This document shows positions 1 through 8,783 of a stretch of 64,000 nt of DNA, in pieces. Below the pieces are notes generated by a model that did no database searches, was not told where the DNA came from, and was given only the letters and a program-made list of their open reading frames with translations. Source of the stretch: Gaiellaceae bacterium. GTDB taxonomy: Bacteria; Actinomycetota; Thermoleophilia; Gaiellales; Gaiellaceae. The translations under genes were made by a program, and so were the position numbers. The DNA lies in NCBI GenBank assembly GCA_037720595.1, contig JBBJLW010000016.1:1751-65750 (forward strand), given 5' to 3'. Every line of letters begins with the position of its first letter. Within the stretch, counting starts at the first letter, position 1.

Positions 1-63
1 CCACGGAGTCTCCGGCAGGACGACGCCCTGCCGCATGATCCGTTCCCGTTCGCGTCGCTCCAT
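1..63 (-). CDS. partial CDS (5' end only, continues beyond window); unknown product
   Basis: ATG at 63..61 shares one base with the TGA stop of the upstream MFS gene (TGATG). The open frame MERRERERIMRQGVVLPETPW runs to the window edge. Confidence 0.25.
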   Translation of the reverse strand, partial: MERRERERIMRQGVVLPETPW

Positions 64-1307
64 CAGACGGTTGCCGCTTTCGCCTCGAGCCCCTCGCTCT
101 GCGGCCGTGAGCGGACGCCGCGGCACGCAGCCGCACCCGTGATCGCCGCGAGCACGGAGAACGCGGCGAACATCCCCCACATCGCGTCGTCGCCGAACGC
201 ATCGCGGACCTGGAGCCCGAAGAACGGCGCCAGCGCGAATCCGGCTGCCGCGGTGCTGCTGAACGCGCCCATGTAGGCACCGCGTACGTCCTCCGGTGCG
301 AGCGCGGCGACCACGGACTGCGAGGTCGGCACCCAGAGCATCTCGCCGACGACGAACACCGTGATCATGAATGCGATTACCGGGATCGCCGAGCTGACCG
401 AGAGGAGCAGGAACGGAAAGCCCATCAGCAGCATCGCGACGACGAGCTTCGGCGCCGCCGGAATCCCGCTCACGCGCCTCGTGAGACGCAGCTGGAAGAA
501 GGTGACGAGCGCAGGATTGATGATCACGAGGAAGCCCCACAGCGTCGGCGAGAGCCCGTGCGTGTCGGTCAACGAGATCGGCAGCGCAACCTCGTAGGCC
601 ACATAGACGAGAAACGCAAGCATTCCGGAGAAGAGGAAGACGAGAAAAACGCGGTCGTGAGCGATCACGCCGAACGAGCCGCGCTGCGGCGGCGCCTCGG
701 GCGAGTACGCGCCGCGCGCCGGGATGAACCGGTATGCAAGCGCAGCCGCGCCCGCCGCGAGCAAGCTCACACCGACGAAGAGGCCGTTCCAGTCGCCGAC
801 CAAGATCATCAGGCCGCCCAGCGGAGGGCCGAGCGTGACGCCGAGATTCGAGGCGACGCGGACGGAGGCGTACGCGGCCTCGTGCTTCTCCGGCGGGACG
901 AGGTCGGCGACCATCGCCTGGTCGGCGGCCCCGCCGATCGCGCCGAAGACGCCGACGCCGGCCATCAGCCCGAGCCCGAGCAGCAGATTCTCGCCGGCGA
1001 GGAGGAAGAACGGGGTGTAGAGCACCCAGCCACCCCAGCCGGCGAGGATCAGGCGTCGACGGCCGAAGTGGTCGGAGAGGTGGCCGCCGAGATACCCGCC
1101 AGCGGCTGCGAGGATCGCGCCGACGAGGAACGTCGCTCCGAGCGACCGCCCGCTCGCGCCGAGCTCCTTGATCGCCCAGATCCCCATGAAGGTAAAGAGC
1201 GACGAGCCTGCGATCGAGCCGGCGAGCGCGACGGCGAGCACCGGCCGCAGCGCGCGGTCGATCTCGCCGCCCCAGACGAGCTGGAAGAGGCGTCCGAAGA
1301 TGCGCAT
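63..1307 (-). CDS. MFS transporter
   Basis: 414-aa ORF with about 12 hydrophobic helices and an MFS motif-A-like GGHLSDHFGRRRLILAG. Confidence 0.85.
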   Translation of the reverse strand: MRIFGRLFQLVWGGEIDRALRPVLAVALAGSIAGSSLFTFMGIWAIKELGASGRSLGATFLVGAILAAAGGYLGGHLSDHFGRRRLILAGWGGWVLYTPFFLLAGENLLLGLGLMAGVGVFGAIGGAADQAMVADLVPPEKHEAAYASVRVASNLGVTLGPPLGGLMILVGDWNGLFVGVSLLAAGAAALAYRFIPARGAYSPEAPPQRGSFGVIAHDRVFLVFLFSGMLAFLVYVAYEVALPISLTDTHGLSPTLWGFLVIINPALVTFFQLRLTRRVSGIPAAPKLVVAMLLMGFPFLLLSVSSAIPVIAFMITVFVVGEMLWVPTSQSVVAALAPEDVRGAYMGAFSSTAAAGFALAPFFGLQVRDAFGDDAMWGMFAAFSVLAAITGAAACRGVRSRPQSEGLEAKAATV

Positions 1308-1418
1308 CGTCCCAGCCTAGCGAGCGGCTCAGCGCTCTTGAAACAGGCGACGGGCACCGCACCTCGCATGTCCGCATGCCCCGAGCACGAGGCAGCGGCG
1401 CGTCGCCGGCGCGAGCCT

Positions 1419-1799
1419 TCAGGCGGTGCGCGGGTCGAGCCTGGTCGCGACCTCGGCCGCGGCTCCGAGCTTCTCGATCACGAGGTGATCGTCCGCGTGC
1501 TCGACCACGTACTCGATCTCGTCGGTGACGTGTCCGTGGGCAAGGACGAAGCGCTTCCCGTCTCCCCGGACGTGGTCATACTCGACGCGGCTGAGCGTCA
1601 GCCGTTCCGTGCAATGCGGGTCGGAGCACTCGCAGACGAACTCGTAGCGGTGGTCGTCTGCGCCGAACGAGACGGCGGCGTCGTTGATTCGCTCGTTCAG
1701 CTCACGGAAGAAGGACTCGTTCCGGGCGAGCCGTTCCGTGTGCCCGACCTCCATCCCGCGCAGTGTAGCCGCGTCGCGGACGTCCAACGAGGCGCGCAT
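1419..1799 (-). CDS. hypothetical protein with a Cys cluster (CECSDPHC)
   Basis: 126-aa ORF with non-shadow-like composition, tightly packed against the neighbouring gene. Confidence 0.55.
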   Translation of the reverse strand: MRASLDVRDAATLRGMEVGHTERLARNESFFRELNERINDAAVSFGADDHRYEFVCECSDPHCTERLTLSRVEYDHVRGDGKRFVLAHGHVTDEIEYVVEHADDHLVIEKLGAAAEVATRLDPRTA

Positions 1800-1801
1800 G
1801 C

Positions 1802-2461
1802 TCAGCGATCTTGCAGATCGAGCCGCATGAACGCGTAGAGCACGAGGTAGCTGAGCGTGAGAAAACCGGAGAGCAGAATCGTCATCGCGAGCGCGCGCGG
1901 ATCGACGAGGATGCCGTCGAGCTGGCGGAGCAAGCCGGGATCGGTCAGGACGTCCCAGCTATTCCAACGCAGGACTCGGCCGAGGTAGACGCCGAAGCTC
2001 GCCAGCCCGAGCGCCCCGATTGCGACCACCCACCCGACGGCGCGGCCGGCCAGTCGGCGCACGACCGCTTGCACGAGATAGAGCGAGAGGAACCCCAGCA
2101 GCATCCCGGTCCAGGCGGGTGCGGCGATCACGACGACGTCGAACCAGAGCGGCACGCGACCGCTTTGCTCGAGGTGCTTGAAGTCGGTGACGATGTAGGG
2201 CGCGTTCGGCAGGAAGAGAAGCCAGAGCGCGGCGAACGGCAGCAGACCCGCCGTGCGAGCACCGACGCGGTGGCGGTCGTAGACGAAGATTGCGAGCCCG
2301 AACGGAATCCAGGCGAGGAAGAGATTCCAGATCAGACCGCCGAACCGCGGCTCCTGGGAGTAGGCGTACCGTGCGACGACGAGCGCGACGGAGAAGAGCG
2401 AGAGGAGCGCGAGCGCCGCGTAGATCGCGCGACGACGACGGCTCGCATCCCGATCCGGCAT
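1802..2461 (-). CDS. DUF1361-like integral membrane protein
   Basis: Start trimmed to the internal ATG (MPDRDAS). Multiple TM helices. Motifs NLFLAWIPF and FLPNAPYIVTDFKHL are as I recall for DUF1361. Confidence 0.6.
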   Translation of the reverse strand: MPDRDASRRRRAIYAALALLSLFSVALVVARYAYSQEPRFGGLIWNLFLAWIPFGLAIFVYDRHRVGARTAGLLPFAALWLLFLPNAPYIVTDFKHLEQSGRVPLWFDVVVIAAPAWTGMLLGFLSLYLVQAVVRRLAGRAVGWVVAIGALGLASFGVYLGRVLRWNSWDVLTDPGLLRQLDGILVDPRALAMTILLSGFLTLSYLVLYAFMRLDLQDR

Positions 2462-2709
2462 GGAGTCCAGTCTACTGACGCTCGCTTTGCCGACTCGAAA
2501 GCGTTCGCGGGCCCGTGCGGTGGCGCTGAAACCTTGCCGCATCCACCGCAAAGCCCTGCACACCGACGCGCGCAGAGGCGAGTTCTGTCGAGCGCTCTTC
2601 GCGCTCGACCTGCCGACGGCCGTCGCCGATTTCTCGGCGTCGGAGGTGATTGATGATGATGGAGGCGATGGGTTGGAATGACGCGAAGATCCCCGCGAGC
2701 AAGCCATAG

Positions 2710-3624
2710 TCAGACCGCCTTGCGTCCCTTATGCGACCGTTCCGCATTACTGATCGGGATCACCGTCGCCGAGTAGGCGCGCTTCAGGCGCTCGCGCGCC
2801 GCTTCGTCCGAAGGGTGACCGTACGTCGACATAACGAGCGCGCCGCCGTCCGTGTGCCCCAGTTGGACAGCAACGTCCGCGTGAGAGACGCCCAACTCCA
2901 ACAGGTGCGTCGCGCAGAAGTGGCGAAGCTCGTAGTAGTCCATCCCAGGCCGCCCGAACGCCGCACGCACCGGATTCCAGTAGTAGTAGAGGCTGCTCTT
3001 CGAGAAACGCCGGTTACGGGGAGTCACGAACAACCACGGCACGTCTAGCCTCGCCGGAACGTACGCAAGAGCCTCACGCGCAGGCGGAGGCAAGACCACG
3101 ACTCGCTCCCGCCCATTCTTTGGCGCTTTGATCTCGCCTGTCCCGTCGAGGTTCCGGCGGATGGAGACCTCGTCCCGGCCCACGTCGCTGCGCTCGAGAG
3201 CGAACAGCTCACCCGGACGAAGCCCAACGTACGCGGAGAAGAGGATCATCGCCCGGAAGATCGGCACGAACTCACCACCGACCCGCAACGCGACCTCGGC
3301 GAGCTCGTCGAGCTGCTCGGGCGTGAGCGCGACCAAATCCTTGCGTCCGCGCGACTGTTCAAGCCGCAGGTTCGCAAAGGGATTCGGCCCCGGATGGACG
3401 CCGTCGTTGATCGCATCGTTGAACATCGCCCGCACGACTCGGACGTTCGATTGCGGCGCTTGCAAGGCCCACGCCCGCGCGCCCAGCCGATCCACATCGG
3501 CCAGACGGACGTGCGCGAACTCTTCCGAGAACGCCATCACTCCATAGCGATACGTGCGCCGAGTCGCGCCAGCAGCACGCGGATACTGCTCCAGCCAAAG
3601 CGTGGAGAACTCCGCGCACGTCAT
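2710..3624 (-). CDS. int: tyrosine recombinase / phage-type integrase (core-binding plus catalytic domains)
   Basis: C-terminal ELRHFCATHLLELGVSHADVAVQLGHTDGGALVMSTYGH carries the R..HxxR..Y integrase signature. It lies downstream of an excisionase gene. Confidence 0.85.
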   Translation of the reverse strand: MTCAEFSTLWLEQYPRAAGATRRTYRYGVMAFSEEFAHVRLADVDRLGARAWALQAPQSNVRVVRAMFNDAINDGVHPGPNPFANLRLEQSRGRKDLVALTPEQLDELAEVALRVGGEFVPIFRAMILFSAYVGLRPGELFALERSDVGRDEVSIRRNLDGTGEIKAPKNGRERVVVLPPPAREALAYVPARLDVPWLFVTPRNRRFSKSSLYYYWNPVRAAFGRPGMDYYELRHFCATHLLELGVSHADVAVQLGHTDGGALVMSTYGHPSDEAARERLKRAYSATVIPISNAERSHKGRKAV

Positions 3625-3679
3625 CCGCGCCGCAACAGACCGACGACGCCCCGCCTCGCGCTCGGCCTCGCGCGCCTCC

Positions 3680-3772
3680 CGCCTTCGTCTTGAACGTCCC
3701 CACCCAACGCTTCCGCCTCAGCGCCGCGTCATACACGCTCACCCCGTAACCACTACCCCGCTTGACGATCAC
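3680..3772 (-). pseudogene. integrase N-terminal arm-binding (AP2-like) segment, in a different frame from the catalytic ORF
   Basis: GTG at 3772 overlaps the xis stop (GTGA). It translates VIVKRGSGYGVSVYDAALRRKRWVGTFKTK, a typical integrase N-terminus. The frame switches near 3680-3690 into ...RREAREAEREAGRRRSVAARMTCAEF. Confidence 0.55.
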
Positions 3773-3975
3773 GCCGCCCCCTTCTCCATCAGCCAAACCT
3801 CACATTCGCTGAGCCGGAACTTCCGATGCCCACCGATAATCTGCGACGGCATCCCCTCTCGAACGCGAAGCTCCACCCACCGCGTCGAATACCCGAAGTA
3901 GCCGGCGACCTGACGCTTCGACACCCAAGGCTCCGCACCGGGTCGCAGAGGTAGACGCAGAACCCGACCCATCAC
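3769..3975 (-). CDS. xis: excisionase-family HTH DNA-binding protein
   Basis: 68 aa, WVSKRQVAGYFGYSTRWVELRVREGMPS..KFRLSECEVWL, immediately upstream of int. Confidence 0.75.
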   Translation of the reverse strand: MMGRVLRLPLRPGAEPWVSKRQVAGYFGYSTRWVELRVREGMPSQIIGGHRKFRLSECEVWLMEKGAA

Positions 3976-4421
3976 GCCCTCACCATCAGCCGAGTCGGCA
4001 GCATCGCGATCTGAACCTTGCTCATCTTCGGGTCGAGCTGCCCCAAGATCTGGCGCGCGAACTCGTTCGGCGTCTCGAACTCAGGCCAAAGCTCCCGAAA
4101 CTCGCTCTGAAGCCGGTAAGTCTGACGCTCGCCGTCATTCCAGTACCGCTGATACTCCGTGATCGAGTACTCGTCCACGCCCTCATCGAGCATCGCGGCG
4201 GCCCACATCACCATGAAGCCCGCGACACGAGAGGCCTTGCCTGTCGCCTTCACAACCGCCCTGGACGCCGTCCATTTCGACATCCGCTCCGCCTTAGGGC
4301 CGTACTTCTCGGTCGCCTCCTCTATCCCACCCTGATCCGCGATCACAGCCCGCGCGATGCAGTGAGCAAGAAGCGAATCCCTCCGCTTGTCTGACTTCCG
4401 GTTAATGACTTTTTCTGTCAC
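3972..4421 (-). CDS. hypothetical protein of the integrative element
   Basis: 149-aa ORF whose stop overlaps the xis start by 4 nt (ATGA). No motif recognised. Confidence 0.55.
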   Translation of the reverse strand: MTEKVINRKSDKRRDSLLAHCIARAVIADQGGIEEATEKYGPKAERMSKWTASRAVVKATGKASRVAGFMVMWAAAMLDEGVDEYSITEYQRYWNDGERQTYRLQSEFRELWPEFETPNEFARQILGQLDPKMSKVQIAMLPTRLMVRA

Positions 4422-4595
4422 CTGTCAGACCCTAGCAGGTGCCATCGGATGTCAGGGACTGTGGATGCTCTGCCTAAAAGGCTTTCAAGTCGCTCGACCC
4501 ACACGGCTCAGGTGTGAGGACACTCGCCCAGGTCGTGATGCTGTGGTCTGGGAAGCGGACCCGTTAGAACTCGTTGAGGATTGCGGTCGGCGTAC

Positions 4596-5252
4596 TCATC
4601 CGGTCATCGGGGCGATGGGCTCGCCGACGAGCTCGCGGAACGCAGGTTCGTTTCGGAGCAGGTCGAAGTCGGTGTCCTGCTTGGACAGTTCGCGAAGGCT
4701 GGGCCGCCGCTCGAAGGCGTCCCGAAGATGAGCGATTGCGTCCTCGGTCCGGCCGGTCTGTGCCTCGCAGCAAGCGAGGTTGTAGAGCGGCGTCGCGTAG
4801 CCGGCCGTCTCGAGGGTGCTGCGACCCCGCTCGATCACGCCCTCGTAGTCGCCGGCCTCGTACGCGGGATGGAACTCGGCCCAAACCTCCCAACCGCCGA
4901 CCTCGTAGGGCTGCCCTATCTTGCTACCCACCGCGAGCACGGTCGTCTCGGGCTCAACCGCGAAGGCTGTCCGGCTTGTCTCCGGTCCGACGAACACGAG
5001 CGCTCCTGCGGGCGCGTCGACAGTGTCGCCGTCGATCTCGAAACGCGCCCGTCCGCGGAGTACGACGTACAGCTCCTCGATGCCCTCGTCCTCTGCGTGC
5101 TCGGGCATGAGCCGGTCGCCCTCCTTGGTGCTCGTCCAGGCGTTCGTCCCGAACGCTGTGATCCCCAGGTGGTGTCGCACGGGCCGCATGTGCGTGTCCT
5201 CCCGGTAGGGAATGTCCTGCAACTCATCGACTGTCGCAACTCGATAGCCCAC
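4596..5252 (-). CDS. cupin-domain protein with a helical (TPR-like) C-terminal region
   Basis: 218 aa. The cupin-like core is HAEDEGIEELYVVLRGRARFEIDGD..APAGALVFV. Confidence 0.65.
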   Translation of the reverse strand: MGYRVATVDELQDIPYREDTHMRPVRHHLGITAFGTNAWTSTKEGDRLMPEHAEDEGIEELYVVLRGRARFEIDGDTVDAPAGALVFVGPETSRTAFAVEPETTVLAVGSKIGQPYEVGGWEVWAEFHPAYEAGDYEGVIERGRSTLETAGYATPLYNLACCEAQTGRTEDAIAHLRDAFERRPSLRELSKQDTDFDLLRNEPAFRELVGEPIAPMTG

Positions 5253-5614
5253 AGTTGTCTCTGCTCCTTCCCGTCCAGTGGACGGACGTCGGTATCCCGT
5301 CGACGTGCCGTCCGTCGACCTCGATATGAATCAAATCTTAGGAATTCCCCTCTCGGGTCGCCACGTAAACCGACTGGGGTTCTGTCAGGCAGAGCTATCG
5401 GAACAGGCCGGTATTCAGCGCGTATCCGGGCCGTGAGGACAACGATCTCTTCTGGCTGCCGTCGATCAACGCGGTCGTCACCGGCGACTCGCTCTCCGAG
5501 GCGAGGGACTGGAGATCCGGCTCGGCGGTCGCAGCGCGTGACGCGTGACGTTGTCGTCCGACGCGCCCGTCCGCTGCTTGACCTGCCGGTCGCTGCTTTC
5601 CTGAGCCGCGCTGT

Positions 5615-6124
5615 CTATCGATCGAGTCGATAGATGCGCTCGACGACCTCGGCGCCAACTCCTGGCGCGAACGACGTTTCGGAGCCCACCTCGACGAAGC
5701 CCGCTCGAGCAAGTACCTTCGCCGATGCGGCATTGTGACTAGCTACGCGACCATTAAGGGGTCTGGTCGATTCGATCGCAAGGAACGCACGGAGGGCCTG
5801 TGACGCGAGCCCTTGACCCCATCGCGCCGGTGCGATCCAGTACGTGACCTCGCGTTCTCCCTCCATTGTGAAGCTGCCTACCGTCCCCACGAATTCTCCG
5901 TCATCATCGATCGCTAGCAGCTTGTTTGAAGGGTCGCTGCGGACGCGCTCGTAGTGGGCGTCGAACGCGCTACGGTCGGAGGGATTCGCCCGCGTGAACG
6001 CCGCCATCTGGACCGCACGAGGATCGCTCTCCCAGGTAAAGAGGGCGTCGAGATCGCTGTCTGCGAACGTCCGAAGAGTTATCGCCATAAGCACAGCCCG
6101 TCGATCGTCTCCCGGCGCACTCAA
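5615..6124 (-). CDS. GNAT family N-acetyltransferase
   Basis: 169 aa with acetyl-CoA motif A-like WIAPARWGQGLASQALRAFL. Confidence 0.8.
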   Translation of the reverse strand: MSAPGDDRRAVLMAITLRTFADSDLDALFTWESDPRAVQMAAFTRANPSDRSAFDAHYERVRSDPSNKLLAIDDDGEFVGTVGSFTMEGEREVTYWIAPARWGQGLASQALRAFLAIESTRPLNGRVASHNAASAKVLARAGFVEVGSETSFAPGVGAEVVERIYRLDR

Positions 6125-6129
6125 CGAGC

Positions 6130-7545
6130 GTAGCGTCAGGGGTCATTCCCGAACTGTGAGTGTGTGGCTGTCCCGTCTGGGGCGTTTGTCAGGTTGGTGT
6201 CGGTGCTCTTTGGTTGTGACTCGATTCTCGAATGACCCGCTGGGGCGGTGTCTTTCCAGTGATGTGTCCGATCAGAGAGTCCGGTACCGGCCTGGCGCCC
6301 GCTTGCTGGCCTGATCAGAAGCCTGTCCGCGTTGTGAGCGCGTGACCCGTCACAGTTATGCCGCCAGCGGTTTCCACCCCAGACCGGCACCGGTTCGTGT
6401 CCCCCAACGCTTGGGCTGGAGGTCGGTGTTCGGATGCTCGCAGATCAGCTGGACTACATCGTCGGTGTCGATCCACACCGCGACTCGCACGCCGTCGCGG
6501 TCGTGCACGTCCGAAGCGGCGCGGTCGTCTTCGAGACGAACGTCGTCGCTAACAGCGACGGCTACGCACAGGCGCTGAAGCTCGTCGACCGGCACGCGCC
6601 ATGCCGGCGTGCGTTCGCGGTTGAGGGGACAGGCTCGTTCGGTGCCGGTCTCACGCGTTTCCTGACCGAGCGGGGTGAGCGGGTGCTCGAGGTCGGCAGG
6701 CTGCGCCGGGAGCGCCGCTCCGGCGGCAAGAACGACGCGCTCGACGCTGTCCGTGCCGCTCGCAGCGTCCTCGCTGGGCAGCGGCCGGCGACGCCACGGG
6801 CGGGTGGTGAACGCCAGGCTTTGCAGGCCCTGGTGGCCGCACGAGAAGGAGCCGTGAACGCGAAGCGTGCCGGGCTCTGCCAGCTGCGCGATCTGCTGAT
6901 CACAACCCCGGAGCCGGTGCGCAGCGAACTGCGGCCGCTCACGCGTGCACGGCTTTTGCAGCGGCTTGCAGCAACCCGACCCGACGGTCGACGCGATCCA
7001 GAGTTGCGCGGCAGCATGCTGGCGCTGCGCTCGATCGCCCGACGGGTGCTGCAGCTGACCGCCGAAGAGCGTGAGCTCGCCCGCGAGATCGAAACGCTTA
7101 CCCGCAAGCTCGCACCGCAACTGCTCGACCAGCCCGGCGTCGGTCCGCACGCCGCAGCTCAGCTCGTCCTGTCGTGGTCACACCGCGGCCGGATCGAGTC
7201 GGAGGCCGCATTCGCAAGGCTCGCCGGCGCAGCACCGATCCCCGCCTCCTCCGGCCAGACAGTCCGCTACCGGCTCGACCGATCAGGCGACCGCAAACTC
7301 AACCGCGCACTGCACATGATCCTCGTCACGCGCAAGCGCTCACACCCCGCCACGATCGCCTACATCGAACGACGCGTGCAAGAAGGCAAGACCCGACGCG
7401 AAGCAAGCCGCTGCCTCAAGCGCTACCTCGCCCGCAGCCTCTACCGCCTCCTCGAACACGGAGCGCCACTGGCCACTTGACAGACATAGAAGCATCACTG
7501 GCGCATGCCGGTGCCCTGGAGCCCCGCATCCCGCCGGCGTAGGTC
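6130..7545 (+). mobile_element. IS110-family insertion sequence (ends approximate)
   Basis: A single DEDD-type transposase gene with about 300 nt of non-coding DNA upstream and about 65 nt downstream, wedged between two minus-strand GNAT genes. No terminal inverted repeats seen, as expected for IS110. Confidence 0.6.
6434..7480 (+). CDS. IS110 family transposase/recombinase
   Basis: N-terminal DEDD domain (IVGVDPHRDSHAVAVV, AFAVEGTGSFG, KNDALDAVRAA). C-terminal Transposase_20-like part (GVGPHAAAQLV...PASSGQTVRYRLDRSGDRKLNRAL). Confidence 0.92.
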   Translation: MLADQLDYIVGVDPHRDSHAVAVVHVRSGAVVFETNVVANSDGYAQALKLVDRHAPCRRAFAVEGTGSFGAGLTRFLTERGERVLEVGRLRRERRSGGKNDALDAVRAARSVLAGQRPATPRAGGERQALQALVAAREGAVNAKRAGLCQLRDLLITTPEPVRSELRPLTRARLLQRLAATRPDGRRDPELRGSMLALRSIARRVLQLTAEERELAREIETLTRKLAPQLLDQPGVGPHAAAQLVLSWSHRGRIESEAAFARLAGAAPIPASSGQTVRYRLDRSGDRKLNRALHMILVTRKRSHPATIAYIERRVQEGKTRREASRCLKRYLARSLYRLLEHGAPLAT

Positions 7546-8109
7546 TCACGGCACGACCCTGCGCATCACACAGTTCCTCTTGCCCTTGGGCCGCACATAG
7601 CTGAAGCCGGCCCGCTCGTACAGGGACCGGGTGCTGTTGTAGAGGACGGACACCTTTTGGCCGCCGGTGTCGTGCGGGTACCCCTCCACAACTCCGCCGC
7701 CGGCCTGCGCAATCAGATCCACGGCACCACGCAGAGCGACCGCCGTCACGCCTTTGCGCCGGTACTTCTTGTCCACAAAGATGCAAGTGATCCTGTAGTC
7801 GGTCGGCCTGTCGAGAGCGGCCTCGTACTCCTTGCGGTGGTGGATGTTCGGCAGTTCCTCCGGGGTGCCGTACTGGCACCACGCCACTGCCTCATCACCG
7901 TCGAACACCAGCGCAGCGTGTGCGCGGCCCTCCTCGACCAACCGCTTCTTGAGGGCGTGGTTGCCCTCGGCGGTGAACGTCTTCTCGGCATGGAAGGTGT
8001 GGAACCAGGTGCACCAACAGCCACCGAACACACCGTTGTGCCGCTCGACGAGCCGCGCGAATGCGTCCCAGGTATTCGCATCGAGCGGCTTGACCACGTA
8101 GTCCGTCAT
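7546..8109 (-). CDS. GNAT family N-acetyltransferase
   Basis: Start trimmed to MTDYVVKPLD (ATG 8109..8107). Motif IFVDKKYRRKGVTAVALRGAV. Confidence 0.8.
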   Translation of the reverse strand: MTDYVVKPLDANTWDAFARLVERHNGVFGGCWCTWFHTFHAEKTFTAEGNHALKKRLVEEGRAHAALVFDGDEAVAWCQYGTPEELPNIHHRKEYEAALDRPTDYRITCIFVDKKYRRKGVTAVALRGAVDLIAQAGGGVVEGYPHDTGGQKVSVLYNSTRSLYERAGFSYVRPKGKRNCVMRRVVP

Positions 8110-8240
8110 GGGATCTCCTTGGCTCTCGTGCGGGCTAGCGTAACGCGGCACTTCGCGAGCCGTGAGCGCGAAGGGTCGAACGGAGGAACACCCCGTTTCT
8201 CTGGCGTCATTCGGGAACGCTCGCCCAGGCGATCGGCGCT

Positions 8241-8783
8241 TCAGGGAGCGTTCGGAGCTGCCACCACCGGGCCAAGAAGACGCAACACCAGGCCCTCCTG
8301 ATCCTCGGTCATCTTCGGCATGTCGCAGAACCCCTTCCGTGCGGCCCACACGCGCCGTGTCAGGCGAGAGACAGTCATCGTGACGCCGGAGAGCCGACTT
8401 AGCCACGGCGCGACGTAGAAGATCCGCTCTCCCGAATGCCGGAGAAGAAACGCGGAGGCCCCCTCGCCCTTCGACAGGTACCTCCCGAGCTTCGACATAT
8501 AGTGCCGCAGCCGACCTGCCTCGTATTTCCCCTGTTCCAGGAGAGCCCGCTCGTAGGTGGAGGTATGCCCGAGCCCCTGCGCATAGGCGGCAGACTTCAG
8601 CGACCGGAAGAACTCCCGAGCGAACGCCTTCTCCAGAGCCGTTGTGTGACCGAGGACGAAGTGCAGATGCGGAACCCCTCGTGACTGATCCTCCAGCACC
8701 CACAGCAGCAGGCTAGGCCAGGCATCCTCCGCCCAGCCCTCCCGACGCAGCTGACGTATTGCCGCCGTCCGGGCCGTGTTCAA
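8241..8783 (-). CDS. replication initiator fragment (HUH / RepSA-like), probably N-terminally truncated
   Basis: SRGVPHLHFVLGH fits an HUH-type motif. RLRHYMSKLGRYLSK has two YxxK-like motifs. The HUH motif lies only about 40 aa from the ORF start. Confidence 0.5.
   Translation of the reverse strand: MNTARTAAIRQLRREGWAEDAWPSLLLWVLEDQSRGVPHLHFVLGHTTALEKAFAREFFRSLKSAAYAQGLGHTSTYERALLEQGKYEAGRLRHYMSKLGRYLSKGEGASAFLLRHSGERIFYVAPWLSRLSGVTMTVSRLTRRVWAARKGFCDMPKMTEDQEGLVLRLLGPVVAAPNAP

Noticed and set aside
558-1838. Long + strand ORF (426 aa) opposite the MFS gene. The same kind of ORF occurs at 16035-17858, 34050-37016, 38595-41555, 59394-61310 and in many R/P/A-rich entries of the track.
   Set aside because: These are antisense or off-frame shadow ORFs expected in roughly 70% GC DNA. 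They have low-complexity Arg/Pro/Gly/Asp composition and no motifs. Each overlaps a gene with clear family signatures on the other strand or frame.
2660-2685. TGGAGGCGATGGGTTGGAATGACGCG, resembling the ssrA 3'-end repeat or a tRNA 3' end just downstream of the frameshifted integrase.
   Set aside because: Only 16 of 26 positions match the 26-bp repeat, although the first 8 are perfect. It cannot fold into a T-arm, so it is not a tRNA/tmRNA gene and is not a reliable att site. It is mentioned only as a weak lead for the old element's boundary.
5613-5633. Palindrome TCTATCGA-TCGAG-TCGATAGA at the 3' end of the GNAT gene.
   Set aside because: It lies inside the last codons and stop of the CDS, has only 8-bp arms and no U-tract follows. 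The evidence for a terminator or operator is insufficient.
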